DNA of 47,354 bases from a virus (IMGVR_UViG_3300009157_000025:1-47354); one strand, 5' to 3'; shown: positions 16,861 to 27,342, counted from the first letter of the stretch. Notes: generated by a model from the letters alone, not told the origin. Numbers and translations: made by a program.

Positions 16861-17407
16861 TAATGAAGCTAATTCGGCCGCGCGACGGGTGTGTAAGCTA
16901 TTAGCTGAGGGCAATTTTAAGTATCAAGATGGGGGTACGTGGAACGATGTTAGACGTTCTACTGAACCTGAATTTAGGCCCAAGCCACCTAGTGATGATA
17001 TCTATGACTTCTTTCGTAATATGGGATTTGGAAATGCTGGAGGGGGTAAATCAGCCTATAAGAATTATTATGATGGTAGTTGGGCTGAGCCTAAAGAACC
17101 TAAGTATAAATATGCAAATAAAGCTCAAGAAGATTTTTATAATGAGCCTAAAAAGGAATCCCGTAAGAGAACATGTAGTAAATGCGGTAAAGAATGTTGG
17201 ACTAAGAGGGTAACTTCTGTATTCACCTGTAATGAATGTGAATGGAATGATTATCAAAATAGGGGATGGGTATATAATCACATGAATAATACCTATATGT
17301 GTCCACGTTGTGGAGCTTCACATACGGCAATAAGTATTGTTAATGTAGATTTTAATTATAATTGTACTTGTGGATATGCCTTCAAACATCCAGGAGGTAA
17401 TAAGTGA
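16805..17407 (+). CDS. DUF2786-like domain protein with two Zn ribbons (likely GTG start 16805)
   Basis: IEKLAKLA..NPNDNEANSA; CSKC..CNEC; CPRC..CTC; AGGA SD. Confidence 0.7.
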   Translation: MNLKLIEKLAKLANNNPNDNEANSAARRVCKLLAEGNFKYQDGGTWNDVRRSTEPEFRPKPPSDDIYDFFRNMGFGNAGGGKSAYKNYYDGSWAEPKEPKYKYANKAQEDFYNEPKKESRKRTCSKCGKECWTKRVTSVFTCNECEWNDYQNRGWVYNHMNNTYMCPRCGASHTAISIVNVDFNYNCTCGYAFKHPGGNK

Positions 17408-17655
17408 GTGCAGCCTGTGACGAATGTTATGGTATTGGATGTGAGGCTTGTAATTTCTTAGGATGGTATCGAGAGGAGCCGAAGAAAATGAGTGCAGTTA
17501 AAATTGAAGTAAAGAAATTTGGACAGATTACTCAGGTAATTGTGGATGGGAAGGTAGCCTATTCCTCAGGTAATACTGTTAAATCTGAGGTTAAGAATCT
17601 TAAAGCACTAATTGAGAAGATGGTAATTGAGAATGTGGAAGTAGTGGAGGGATAG
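17404..17655 (+). CDS. hypothetical protein with N-terminal Cys knuckle
   Basis: CDECYGIGCEAC; GGAGG SD. Confidence 0.6.
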   Translation: MSAACDECYGIGCEACNFLGWYREEPKKMSAVKIEVKKFGQITQVIVDGKVAYSSGNTVKSEVKNLKALIEKMVIENVEVVEG

Positions 17656-18111
17656 ATGGATATCAAACAGTTATTCGAAGAATGTCTAATCCTCTCCTAT
17701 AATAAGAGGAAAGACTATACATCAGGCCCGGATAATCATCAGAACTTCAAACGTAGTCAGGAGATTCAATCATGGTTTACTAGGGATGAAGATATACCCT
17801 ATGTAGTCTTGATTGGTACAAAACTAGCGAGATTAGCTTCATTACTATCGGATGATAGAGCTGCTAATTTTGAATCTGTAGAGGATTCATTTAAGGATCT
17901 AATTAATTACTGCGGATTATGGGCTGAACGTAGACTAGAACTCGGCTATAAAGGATCGAAATTTGCAGGAAAGGCGCTAACTAATAGTCAGGTTAATGTA
18001 TTATGTTCGCAAACTCCCGACAGTGGGGCCTACGATCCCAAAAATCTGAAGGAGCCAGAGGACAAGAAAAAGAACTACAAGAACCCTGATCACAATCTTG
18101 ATAGGTTCTGA
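17656..18111 (+). CDS. DUF1599 / nucleotide-modification-associated domain (all-alpha NTP pyrophosphohydrolase-like) protein
   Basis: K..DY...NF; K..RL..L; ESVEDSF.DLINY. Confidence 0.8.
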   Translation: MDIKQLFEECLILSYNKRKDYTSGPDNHQNFKRSQEIQSWFTRDEDIPYVVLIGTKLARLASLLSDDRAANFESVEDSFKDLINYCGLWAERRLELGYKGSKFAGKALTNSQVNVLCSQTPDSGAYDPKNLKEPEDKKKNYKNPDHNLDRF

Positions 18112-18189
18112 CATAGGAATATAAGTCTCTACTAGATAGAGAGCTACACCTACGATAATTAGAACTAGCAATACAGTCAGAATAGGCAT
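18001..18189 (-). CDS. two-TM small membrane protein (Thivi_2564-like; candidate holin)
   Basis: MPILTVLLVLIIVGVALYLVETYIPMSEPIK...LWLLQIFG; GGAG SD. Confidence 0.75.
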   Translation of the reverse strand: MPILTVLLVLIIVGVALYLVETYIPMSEPIKIVIRVLVVLFLVLWLLQIFGIVGPTVGSLRT

Positions 18190-18190
18190 G

Positions 18191-21100
18191 TTATCTCCCG
18201 TAAGTCTGAACACCACCACCACCGAATGCGGACGCCGACGAGAATAACCCCTGTAGTAACGTAGGATCTTCTTTCCAGATTTCGTATAGATCCTGTGCTA
18301 CTATGGGGGTAATTTTATTCACAGCCTCATCCTTGAAGCTAAACGGTTTTCCATCATAATCCTTCCCTTCCATCCAACTCCAGATAAACGCAGGTACGGG
18401 TGCAAGTTTATTCTTCATGAAGTTTCCGAATACACTAGCACGAGTAGGCATACCGAACTTACCCGAAGTTAGATCATGTGTTTTACCCACTCCACCTGCT
18501 TGTTTAGGAGAAGTAGTAGACTGACCAGTTAATAAACGCGCGGCCGCGACTAAGAACTGTTGATGTCCACCGAATGGATCAATACGGGTATTACCGAATC
18601 TAATCTTACCGAAGTCTGAATTGGTAGCATCCTCAGTATTTACAGTAGCTCCAATACCCTTAGCTAACTGACCAATCAGCAATCCTGCACTAGCCAATCC
18701 TAACATAGAACGTAACTGTTCTCTACGGACTACAGGTGGCATCTCCGCATAGCCGAACGGATTAAACGTACGTGTGTACATCTGTAGACGGCTAGTTGTT
18801 AAACGAGGGCTGAAGAAGATTTGTGCTAATGGCTTAGCCGCAGGTTCAAATGCACCTAAGTTACCACGTCCAGTAGCAATATTGATAAAGTCAGCAATCT
18901 TCTTAGCTTCACCCAGATTGTTCCGTACACCTGCCTCATTAACTAAGTTTTTGAACGTGTCCGCTCTTAACTTGTTTAAATAAGCTGTGTATGCACGTAC
19001 CGAGGGTTTGACGAACCATTTAGTACCAGCAAATTCTTCCGCGAACTTACTTCTGAATAACTCCTCACGATGATCCAGTGTATCCGTTAAAGAGAGTCCA
19101 GCTTCATTAGCAAATGACTTACCCTTCTTACCCGTATCACGGAACATACCTGATGGGTCATTCTTAATAGAGTCCATTACGGTAGCATAACCCTTATCTG
19201 AACCCATAGCCTCAAACATAGGCTTCCAACTAGTCCACCATTCTTTACGTGTAATTAGTGGTAATCCCTGTCTACCGGGAGCACTAATATCAGCCGAGGT
19301 TAATACTGTACGCTGGAAATTCAATGCCTTTTCAAGCAAGTTTTCCTTTTCATCTCGCGTTACAGTAGTATCCTCTTTGATCTTTTTAAGCATATCCCCA
19401 GCAGCCATTACCTGAGAATCTACTTTACCCTTACGCTGGATATCCTTAACTACTGCATCAGGTACAGGGATATCACTAGTCTTACCTTTAACTTTAGGAC
19501 TCCACTTAATAGGCTTGTTAAAGGTGTTACTTAAGTTTTCTCCTGTAGGATTATTTGGTCTTACGGGAGAAGTTCGCTCTCCATTTGATCCAACATCGCC
19601 GAAAACGCTTTCGCCTCCGAAGGGTTTAACTTCTGAATTGACGCCCGTTCCGCTAAGAAGGTTTTTTGCAGTTCCTTGGCGCCCCTTTCTCGTAGTATAG
19701 AAGAGTAATGCGTTCTGAACGTCTTTAGAATATCCACTATCGGATTTCGATTGGAAGAGGCCATTTAATTCATCTACTCCTTTATGCCATGCTTCACTAC
19801 CTGATTTAGCATAGACTTCTGCGGTTGCTCTTAACCATGATAATCCATGTGCAGCATCCCTCTGTCCCATAGATGAAGCTGCAACTTCATTCATGTATTT
19901 CTGGAAAAATGATCCAATTTCAGGATCAGTAGTATCTACATTTGACCAATCAATTTCGCTGAATTCATCACCATAAGTTTGAGTATGGCCTACCTCATGC
20001 CAAGTGGTAGACATATTCTCACGAGCAGCTTCCCTAGGATCAGATTTACGAATAATAAATTCAAAGGGATTAATTAAAATTGTAGCCTTACCAGCAGAAT
20101 CAGGATTAGGAATCCAGACACCATGATGGCCGGGATCTAATGAAATACCAACCTTTTCAATTCTATCCCCCCATGCAGGATTTACTGCATTTAGGGCATC
20201 ATTAACTAAAGAATCAACTTTCTCTGAGAAATCAAAGATAAATCGATTACTTGATAATGCACTAAGCTCCTTTGGATTTAACAGATTATCTGGATCAAAA
20301 ATAACAGTAGGACGGTGCCTAGTTTTACCCTTAAAAGTCAGAGGTTCGGCAATAGGGTGCATGTTAGTATACATGTCCCTGAGTGATTGCCGCTGTTTAT
20401 CAAGCGCGCCTGACTTAATATTATCTTCAATCCATTTATCAATAGCCGCTTTAACGTGATCAGCCACCTGTTCACGATTAAGAGTGTAAGGATAAAATTC
20501 CTCTCCTTCGGCTACAGTTGCACGAACGTTAGCTTTAATATTCTCAGGAACACCTTTTAACGCACCATGTTGTGAGTAACTATCTCCTTCAGAGAATTGA
20601 TACATTCCATTATTTAATGTATCTATCATATACTGCTGTACCCTAGCATCGGGGTCAGGAGTTTCATAATGGAAATCAATTTCCGCTCCAGGAATTTTTA
20701 ATGTATCCTGAATGGGTAATTCTGGAGAAGGATCAATGTTAGTATGATCATCCAATCCAATCTTATTTGGTAAATCAACTCCCTTATTAAAGAAATTATC
20801 TAATTGCTCAGGAGTTTTAGATTGCCAAAGATGTCTAATTTGAAGAGGAGATTTACTACCTACTGAATTGTTTCCAATTGCTGTTGCAAAAGTTTCTGCA
20901 ACTCCTATATTGTTATTCTTTTTATTATAATAAATAGTAGCCTTAAATCCTGTAGGGGTATCTCTATTAACTACCTCACGTTTTAATGGAACTCCAAAAT
21001 CTTGATTCTTTAAATCTTTTGGAGTGCCTTCAAACGTGTATTTAACTTTCTTTCCATTTTCAATTACAACAGATTCATACCTGGAATATCTACCACCAAG

Positions 21101-23707
21101 CATAGGACTAGCTTTAGCAAAGCCAAATCCACCCGATGCAGCAGCTTCATCCATTTTACCACTTTTACCAACATCAGTAAAAACAGTATAAATCTGTTCC
21201 GGAGTCATTCCTCTACCATAATCACGAATGGTTAAGGATGGTGCATCTTCTCCCGTAACGGGATCTTTAGTGGTTCTATCTAATACAACTCTAAGAGGCT
21301 CAGTCGATCCACTAATCTTATGTTCGTCAATAGAATTCTGTAATAGCTCTTTAACAGCAACTACTTCAGGCTTTTTACCATATAAACTATTACCTAAGAT
21401 ATCTAATACACGAGGCTCAGCACCACCCATAGCCACATTTTCAGGCTTCTTTTTGGCCCTCATCTCCATGGGGAATACATTAGGTTCATCTCCAAACACC
21501 GGTCGCTGTGTACTACCACTACCAGCAGATTTCATTCCTTTATTGCCTGTTTTCTGAATAACTTCTAATTCACCCGAACGAATTTTAGCTGTAATTTCTT
21601 CAGGATTATTGATATTATCCAACCAGAAAGTTTCGCCATCAGGAGTAGCAACTTCAAGGGTATCCCCGTGCATTACTTCTTCTGCATCTGCCTTAGGATA
21701 TCTAATAGGCTGCTGTTCAGTATCAAACTTCTCATAACGAGGATCAGATAAAATTTCTGTTAATTTATGAGCTTCTTTCAGTTGTTCAGGAGATAAATCC
21801 CCTTGATTCTGTAAGTCCCAAAACTTATTTCTTACTTTATTATACTGTTCCTGGGTAAGAGGTTTTCCTGTATAACCACGCTGATCAGGATCAGGTTCCC
21901 ATCCAATCTGACCATTATCATCGATAACAGAAGGATTATCAGATAACTGATCTTTCTCAAATGCGCGAGCCTTATCAGCATCTAAAGAAGCCTTAAAGCG
22001 TGCAAGTAATTCTGGTGGTACGTTCGCATCATAAACAATCGCCTGGATGCTTTCTTTTCCATTAGCCAAATCAGCCGTAGCTCTGTGATGTCCCCCTGCG
22101 AGAATATTCTCATCTCCAATTCGTATAACCACAGGTGCTTGATCATCCATTCTACCCTTAGCTGAATCCGGTACTTCAGTTAATCGTGGACGGTCGCCTT
22201 TTCCCTGATAATCACTAACAGTATTGGGATCAACGGTACTCTGAGTACCCTTTAATCCCTGTAGGGGGATATCCTCTAAACGGGGGTTAGTATAATCCAC
22301 CTGTTTATTACGAAGCATTTCATCCATTACAGCTTCGTCTGCTACAGGGAATGGACTCGGTTCTTTACCCATTTCAGGGTCATTAGTAGTATCTAATTTC
22401 TTAGGGAATACTGATCTTCCCTGATCATCGTACTGATTATTCTTATAACGTTCTCTTTCATCAGCTGCTATTTTATTAGCAATTTCCTGCTGTCTAGTTA
22501 ATGGAGGTTCATCCTTAACACGGGGCTGTCTACCAAATCCACGATTCTCGAATACAACAGGTTCAGCCGGTTTATCAGGTTGTAATACATCACGTACAGG
22601 TAATTCAGATGGTCTATTAGGCTGGAAATCTGCAATTGACCTACCAGATTCATCAAATACACCATTAGGAGGTAATGGATCACCTCTACGTGGAATATTT
22701 AATGGTCCCGGACGTGCAGGTTCAGCATTAACATCAAATGAATTATCCGGTAAAAATTCATTCGGCATCCTAACCTGTGGTAGATCAGGCTTCTGATTAA
22801 AATCAAAACTACGCTGCCCAGTGGGTGCAGGAATATTCTCACCCGGAGGATTAACATCAGCTAAGAATGGCTGCTTGTATTCACCTGTCCATCCGGCGGG
22901 TACATCAGGTCCATGTACAGGGCCAGATAATGATTCAGCTAAATGATTAACATGCGGACTATTACGCAGTCCGAGCGCACCAACCGCAGCACCGCCTACA
23001 GCATTAAGCTTATCTTCCCAAGCCATATTGGGATCAGCTAATGCCCTACCACCTTCAATAACCTGTGGAATACCTGCCGCACGTTCAATATTACGTAACG
23101 TATTTGCAGCACGGAATTTACCAATCTGCTTAATACCTTCTACGGCCGCGTCCGTCGTAGGAGCACCTTCAGCCGCAAATGTTCGTGCGGCAGCTCTAGC
23201 ACCTGATTTAGCTAATGCTGTACCTGCAGAGCCTGCACCAATAGTACCTAAACTTAACGGACTAGTCATACCATCCGTTACGTGGCCTAACGATTCAATA
23301 TATGCAGATGCTACGCTACGGAGGCCGTAATCAGCTTCCCTGTTAGGATTAATCCATTCACTAGCTTTTTTAGCTAATTTAGAAGCAGACGGCAAGTCTG
23401 GAAATACATCAGTTAATGGGGTATTAACCGCATTCCAAATACTCTTAAGTCCGAAGGCATTAGCCTCATTATCAGGAATATCCTCACCCGCCGGCCGTCT
23501 ATTAGGATCACCTGTATATTTAGGCTGTTCAGGCTTTGTAGGTGCCCTTAAATCTACATTCTCAAGTGGCTCGAATCCCTGTAGATTTAATTGAGTTTCA
23601 GGCTCAAATCCTTCAGGATAACCATACTTACTAACTGAAGGAAGATCAGCGTTAGTCCACTTAGCTCTATGATTAGAAGGACGTGCAGGCTCAGGAAACT
23701 GTGGCAT
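18191..23707 (-). CDS. 1838-aa polyvalent internal virion/ejection protein: ParB-like, GHKL ATPase and zincin domains
   Basis: PVVI..GD..ILAGGHHRATA; KELLQNSIDE, RDYGRGM, GKSGK..GGFGFA; WHEVGH...AHG..W; last large gene of the structural operon. Confidence 0.8.
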   Translation of the reverse strand: MPQFPEPARPSNHRAKWTNADLPSVSKYGYPEGFEPETQLNLQGFEPLENVDLRAPTKPEQPKYTGDPNRRPAGEDIPDNEANAFGLKSIWNAVNTPLTDVFPDLPSASKLAKKASEWINPNREADYGLRSVASAYIESLGHVTDGMTSPLSLGTIGAGSAGTALAKSGARAAARTFAAEGAPTTDAAVEGIKQIGKFRAANTLRNIERAAGIPQVIEGGRALADPNMAWEDKLNAVGGAAVGALGLRNSPHVNHLAESLSGPVHGPDVPAGWTGEYKQPFLADVNPPGENIPAPTGQRSFDFNQKPDLPQVRMPNEFLPDNSFDVNAEPARPGPLNIPRRGDPLPPNGVFDESGRSIADFQPNRPSELPVRDVLQPDKPAEPVVFENRGFGRQPRVKDEPPLTRQQEIANKIAADERERYKNNQYDDQGRSVFPKKLDTTNDPEMGKEPSPFPVADEAVMDEMLRNKQVDYTNPRLEDIPLQGLKGTQSTVDPNTVSDYQGKGDRPRLTEVPDSAKGRMDDQAPVVIRIGDENILAGGHHRATADLANGKESIQAIVYDANVPPELLARFKASLDADKARAFEKDQLSDNPSVIDDNGQIGWEPDPDQRGYTGKPLTQEQYNKVRNKFWDLQNQGDLSPEQLKEAHKLTEILSDPRYEKFDTEQQPIRYPKADAEEVMHGDTLEVATPDGETFWLDNINNPEEITAKIRSGELEVIQKTGNKGMKSAGSGSTQRPVFGDEPNVFPMEMRAKKKPENVAMGGAEPRVLDILGNSLYGKKPEVVAVKELLQNSIDEHKISGSTEPLRVVLDRTTKDPVTGEDAPSLTIRDYGRGMTPEQIYTVFTDVGKSGKMDEAAASGGFGFAKASPMLGGRYSRYESVVIENGKKVKYTFEGTPKDLKNQDFGVPLKREVVNRDTPTGFKATIYYNKKNNNIGVAETFATAIGNNSVGSKSPLQIRHLWQSKTPEQLDNFFNKGVDLPNKIGLDDHTNIDPSPELPIQDTLKIPGAEIDFHYETPDPDARVQQYMIDTLNNGMYQFSEGDSYSQHGALKGVPENIKANVRATVAEGEEFYPYTLNREQVADHVKAAIDKWIEDNIKSGALDKQRQSLRDMYTNMHPIAEPLTFKGKTRHRPTVIFDPDNLLNPKELSALSSNRFIFDFSEKVDSLVNDALNAVNPAWGDRIEKVGISLDPGHHGVWIPNPDSAGKATILINPFEFIIRKSDPREAARENMSTTWHEVGHTQTYGDEFSEIDWSNVDTTDPEIGSFFQKYMNEVAASSMGQRDAAHGLSWLRATAEVYAKSGSEAWHKGVDELNGLFQSKSDSGYSKDVQNALLFYTTRKGRQGTAKNLLSGTGVNSEVKPFGGESVFGDVGSNGERTSPVRPNNPTGENLSNTFNKPIKWSPKVKGKTSDIPVPDAVVKDIQRKGKVDSQVMAAGDMLKKIKEDTTVTRDEKENLLEKALNFQRTVLTSADISAPGRQGLPLITRKEWWTSWKPMFEAMGSDKGYATVMDSIKNDPSGMFRDTGKKGKSFANEAGLSLTDTLDHREELFRSKFAEEFAGTKWFVKPSVRAYTAYLNKLRADTFKNLVNEAGVRNNLGEAKKIADFINIATGRGNLGAFEPAAKPLAQIFFSPRLTTSRLQMYTRTFNPFGYAEMPPVVRREQLRSMLGLASAGLLIGQLAKGIGATVNTEDATNSDFGKIRFGNTRIDPFGGHQQFLVAAARLLTGQSTTSPKQAGGVGKTHDLTSGKFGMPTRASVFGNFMKNKLAPVPAFIWSWMEGKDYDGKPFSFKDEAVNKITPIVAQDLYEIWKEDPTLLQGLFSSASAFGGGGVQTYGR

Positions 23708-23709
23708 TA

Positions 23710-24693
23710 CTAACCCCCACCAAGAATCTTAATACCCGGTTGACTGGCCTGTGAACGTGGCATAGTACCAATCTGTCCGTTAGGTAACTGTACTCTTACC
23801 CTATCACTGGAACTATTACTACCCGCTGGCCCAGATGCACTAGGAACATTAGTATAAGTGGGAGAACTACCCTGTCCATAAATACCAGCAAGAATCTGAT
23901 GATATTCATCTTGAGTAGGACCGCCCTTACTAAACATTGAATTTCCAGTACTGGGTGGAGTAACAGACGGCATACCAGTATTAGGATCAAAAGTTACCCA
24001 TTTGGCCAGATTGGGATTTCTATTAATAAACTCATTAGTACGACTCTTTTCAGCAACAGCCTGCTGAGAAGGATTATTAGCATTTGTATTAGGACTAGCC
24101 GTTGATTTAGTCTGTCGATCTTCTCCACCACGAGCATGAATCTGATCAAGAATCTGACTACCACGGGTATTAATATTAGTAGCTCGATTAATCTGACGAG
24201 TCCCTTCTAAGGATTCCCGTCCAGCGATATTCTTATCGGTAATCTCAGATCTAGTTTGATTATTCTGACCTGCAATATTTTCCCGTGTAGCTAACGTTTG
24301 ACCTGCAATATCACGTTTAGTCTCTAAGCCTTCATAGCCTAAATCCCTACGTGTATCCGCATTCTGTTGAGCGATAGAATTCTTGAGCATATTACTATCA
24401 CTCAAGGCATGATTACGTTCACGTTCTACGTCTAATCTACCCTGTAATGCAGGCGTCATCATACCTGGAGCTTCTACTACATTTAATGGTTCCATGGCTT
24501 TGGCAACGCGCTGTTGATTCATTGCCTTATCCATTTCCTGTAGTCGAAGATTGGATTGGAAATTAGCCATTTCCTTCTCCATCTCCATATTCTTACGCTT
24601 TTCTTGTTCCTTATAGTTAAGGAAATGCCCCAAACTAGTATCTACGGATTTTAAGTTAGGAGTACCAAATTCGGCTGTATCAAACATGCCCAT
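23710..24693 (-). CDS. internal virion / DNA ejection protein
   Basis: Q/N/R-rich helical repeats (IAGQ...TR); position before the giant protein. Confidence 0.6.
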   Translation of the reverse strand: MGMFDTAEFGTPNLKSVDTSLGHFLNYKEQEKRKNMEMEKEMANFQSNLRLQEMDKAMNQQRVAKAMEPLNVVEAPGMMTPALQGRLDVERERNHALSDSNMLKNSIAQQNADTRRDLGYEGLETKRDIAGQTLATRENIAGQNNQTRSEITDKNIAGRESLEGTRQINRATNINTRGSQILDQIHARGGEDRQTKSTASPNTNANNPSQQAVAEKSRTNEFINRNPNLAKWVTFDPNTGMPSVTPPSTGNSMFSKGGPTQDEYHQILAGIYGQGSSPTYTNVPSASGPAGSNSSSDRVRVQLPNGQIGTMPRSQASQPGIKILGGG

Positions 24694-25511
24694 TACTGTA
24701 CCCCTCCGTATAACTGCAATTTCTTAAGTTTAGCGTTATTCTGTTCCTGATCAGCAGATTGAGCTAATCTATTCTCATTCTGTGCAGTATTATTCATCGT
24801 ATTGGCCCATGCAGGAGTGGTACCATACGTACTAGTCATACCCTGTGCAGCTTGTGACTTAAGCTGAGTAGGCATCCAGTAATCCTTCATACTTGCATCA
24901 ACTGCTGATAAGTTATTTCTATTAGCAGAATCAGCCGCACTTAATCCAAACTGATTACGTGAGTCCTGTTCATGTGATGCAGTACTTAAGTATTGTGACT
25001 GACCAGCAGCACGCTGACTAGCTACATCCTGTGCTAACTGTGCATTCACACGAGTAGTAGCATCAGATAACTGACTACTCATTTCACGCGCCATTTTAGC
25101 GGATACAGCAGCATAATTAGGACTATATCCTCCCTGTAAACGACGTTGTCTATTTACACCTCTCTGAGCATTAGCATATACCGATCGAATCGGACTAATG
25201 CCACGCTCACGGATATCTCCTTTTTCTTCATCGCTATATAATCCCCTGTCAGCCGTATTCTTCATCCTACCGATTGCACCTGTATAATCAGGTGTAGTCT
25301 CATAGGTGGGCTTTACATAGTTATTTCTGATATCCGCTGCACCACTACCTGCACCAGTGGGGACATTCTGATAAATGTCCTTCCACTTATTCATTATCCC
25401 CTCATAGTCATTCGCATTCTGCTTTGTGGCAGTTGCAGCATTACTATATGAAGTTTGAACAGGCGTAGGTTTTGGCTTTGTGTAGTATTCTTCGGAAATT
25501 CCACCTGGCAT
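24693..25511 (-). CDS. internal virion / DNA ejection (pilot) protein
   Basis: A/Q/N/S-rich helical protein; GGAGG SD; podovirus context. Confidence 0.6.
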   Translation of the reverse strand: MPGGISEEYYTKPKPTPVQTSYSNAATATKQNANDYEGIMNKWKDIYQNVPTGAGSGAADIRNNYVKPTYETTPDYTGAIGRMKNTADRGLYSDEEKGDIRERGISPIRSVYANAQRGVNRQRRLQGGYSPNYAAVSAKMAREMSSQLSDATTRVNAQLAQDVASQRAAGQSQYLSTASHEQDSRNQFGLSAADSANRNNLSAVDASMKDYWMPTQLKSQAAQGMTSTYGTTPAWANTMNNTAQNENRLAQSADQEQNNAKLKKLQLYGGVQ

Positions 25512-25524
25512 TTTAACCTCCTAC

Positions 25525-25896
25525 TTACACAAGGCCGATTTCGCCTTCACCCTGAATAGTAAGTGAAGTAGCAGCAGACGCTCCACCAACTAAGAAATCA
25601 GCAGGATCAAGAGGAAGTAAACCATACCAATCAACGTAGCTATTGGCAGCAACGGAAGTACCAATACCCATAAACTCCGTACCGGCCGCGTTTGCACCAG
25701 TAGCACCAATATACAGACTAAACGTGACCGCACCCGCAGTCTTATTGACAATACGAATATGCTTAAGAATGATTCTTAAGTTAGTACCTGAACCCGCATT
25801 AACACCACCAGTAGACGTACCGGGATTAAGAAGGTTAGTGGTGAGAGTATTCGTAAGTGCAATCGGTCCGAATCTAAACGGTTTGTTAGCTGCCAT
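25525..25896 (-). CDS. small beta-sandwich virion protein
   Basis: I.IVNKT...VTFSLY...L...DFLVG pattern; AGGAG SD. Confidence 0.65.
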   Translation of the reverse strand: MAANKPFRFGPIALTNTLTTNLLNPGTSTGGVNAGSGTNLRIILKHIRIVNKTAGAVTFSLYIGATGANAAGTEFMGIGTSVAANSYVDWYGLLPLDPADFLVGGASAATSLTIQGEGEIGLV

Positions 25897-25905
25897 CTTA
25901 TTCTC

Positions 25906-27327
25906 CTAAGGAGCGTAAACTGCAATACTGCGGTTCTGGAACGTCCAAACACCACCACCATTATTTTGATATTTTATAGTAAATGTGTTACTTCCAGGAG
26001 TTAGCCCCGTAAGAACTAAAACTCTCGCTAACGTATTATCGTGGGATGCTGAAGAAGCAGAAACAATCGCAGCATTTCCATTAGCAGCAGCTACAGTAGA
26101 AGCCCCTGAAACTGCAGGCGCAATCATACAAGAATTTCCAGCAGATCCTTTAACAGCTCCAGCACTAATCCAGATAATAGCAATAGTTCCAGTTAATACT
26201 AATGTAACAGCCGGACCCACTGTAGCTAAATCACCATATGCAGTATTTGATGCTTGTGTCTGGCTAGTAGTAACCGTAGCAGCAGTAAAATTGCTAGAGC
26301 CTCCGCCACCTGAACCACCAGTTACAGCAGCAGCTTTAATTAACTGTAAGAAAACAGAACGAGCACCACCAACCGTATCATATGATGCTCCGGACGAATC
26401 AGCAAGTACTTTAAGCTCAATAAAGTCAGTGGCAATTAAATTCTCTTGAACTCCAACTTGAATCGTAGGAGTAATACCAGTTACGTTAACTTCCTGTTCG
26501 GCAATTAAAGTACCGTTCTTATAAATTCCAACTGATACGAATCCGGTAGCTCCGAAGATAACCCATTCAACTTGACCGAGAATAATATATGTTCCGTCTT
26601 TACCAGTAGGAACAGTTAACTTAGTTGGGCTACCTGAACTCCAGAATACACTAGCATCAACAGGAGCATTATCAAAAGTAATTGCAGTTAATGTATTATC
26701 AGTAATAGTCTGTGCAGTACTACGATAAACATATGCATATACAGAGGGTGGAACTGGAGCAGGCTGTACTACGAATAATCCTGGCTCACCATCTAATCCA
26801 TCTTCAAAATATACAGGAGATCCTGTAGCTCCGGGTAATCCTGTACCACCTTGAGGCCCAGGTATACCGGGGATACGAAATGAATCACCTTCTAATCCAT
26901 CTTCTGAAGGTAGTCCGGGTGGGCCTGCCGGACCTTGTGGGCCAGTAATACCCGGATTACCCTGTGGTCCTATTTGTGCAGGATGAATATCTCCATCTTC
27001 TGCATCAGGAGGAAATATAATAGCACCCATTGGCCCCATCGGACCTTGAATACCTTGAGCACCATCTATTCCCCTTTGTCCCGGTGGCCCATCATCACCA
27101 CCTCCACCACTATCATCACCTAATGATAACTGTTGGATTATTTGAGTAACAGTGGTAGTATCAGTTGAACCTCCACTACCACTGTTATCATCGTCTACGG
27201 TGGATTTTAATTTAGCAAGCGTCCCAATCAAATTATACAACAGTTGATACAGGATAGGATCTTTTTGACGCAGACCTGTATTAGTTAAAGTTGTATAGAG
27301 ACGAGTAGGATCAACGCTTGCGTTCAT
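25906..27327 (-). CDS. collagen-repeat tail fibre / receptor-binding protein
   Basis: Several G-X-Y tracts separated by EDG(L)xG repeats; two C-terminal beta domains joined by a Gly linker. Confidence 0.8.
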   Translation of the reverse strand: MNASVDPTRLYTTLTNTGLRQKDPILYQLLYNLIGTLAKLKSTVDDDNSGSGGSTDTTTVTQIIQQLSLGDDSGGGGDDGPPGQRGIDGAQGIQGPMGPMGAIIFPPDAEDGDIHPAQIGPQGNPGITGPQGPAGPPGLPSEDGLEGDSFRIPGIPGPQGGTGLPGATGSPVYFEDGLDGEPGLFVVQPAPVPPSVYAYVYRSTAQTITDNTLTAITFDNAPVDASVFWSSGSPTKLTVPTGKDGTYIILGQVEWVIFGATGFVSVGIYKNGTLIAEQEVNVTGITPTIQVGVQENLIATDFIELKVLADSSGASYDTVGGARSVFLQLIKAAAVTGGSGGGGSSNFTAATVTTSQTQASNTAYGDLATVGPAVTLVLTGTIAIIWISAGAVKGSAGNSCMIAPAVSGASTVAAANGNAAIVSASSASHDNTLARVLVLTGLTPGSNTFTIKYQNNGGGVWTFQNRSIAVYAP

Positions 27328-27342
27328 TATCCACCGATACTA

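Noticed and set aside
9189-18111. 2-aminoadenine (dZ) or 7-deazaguanine DNA system
   Set aside because: No PurZ, DatZ, DpdA or Que-like genes are recognisable.
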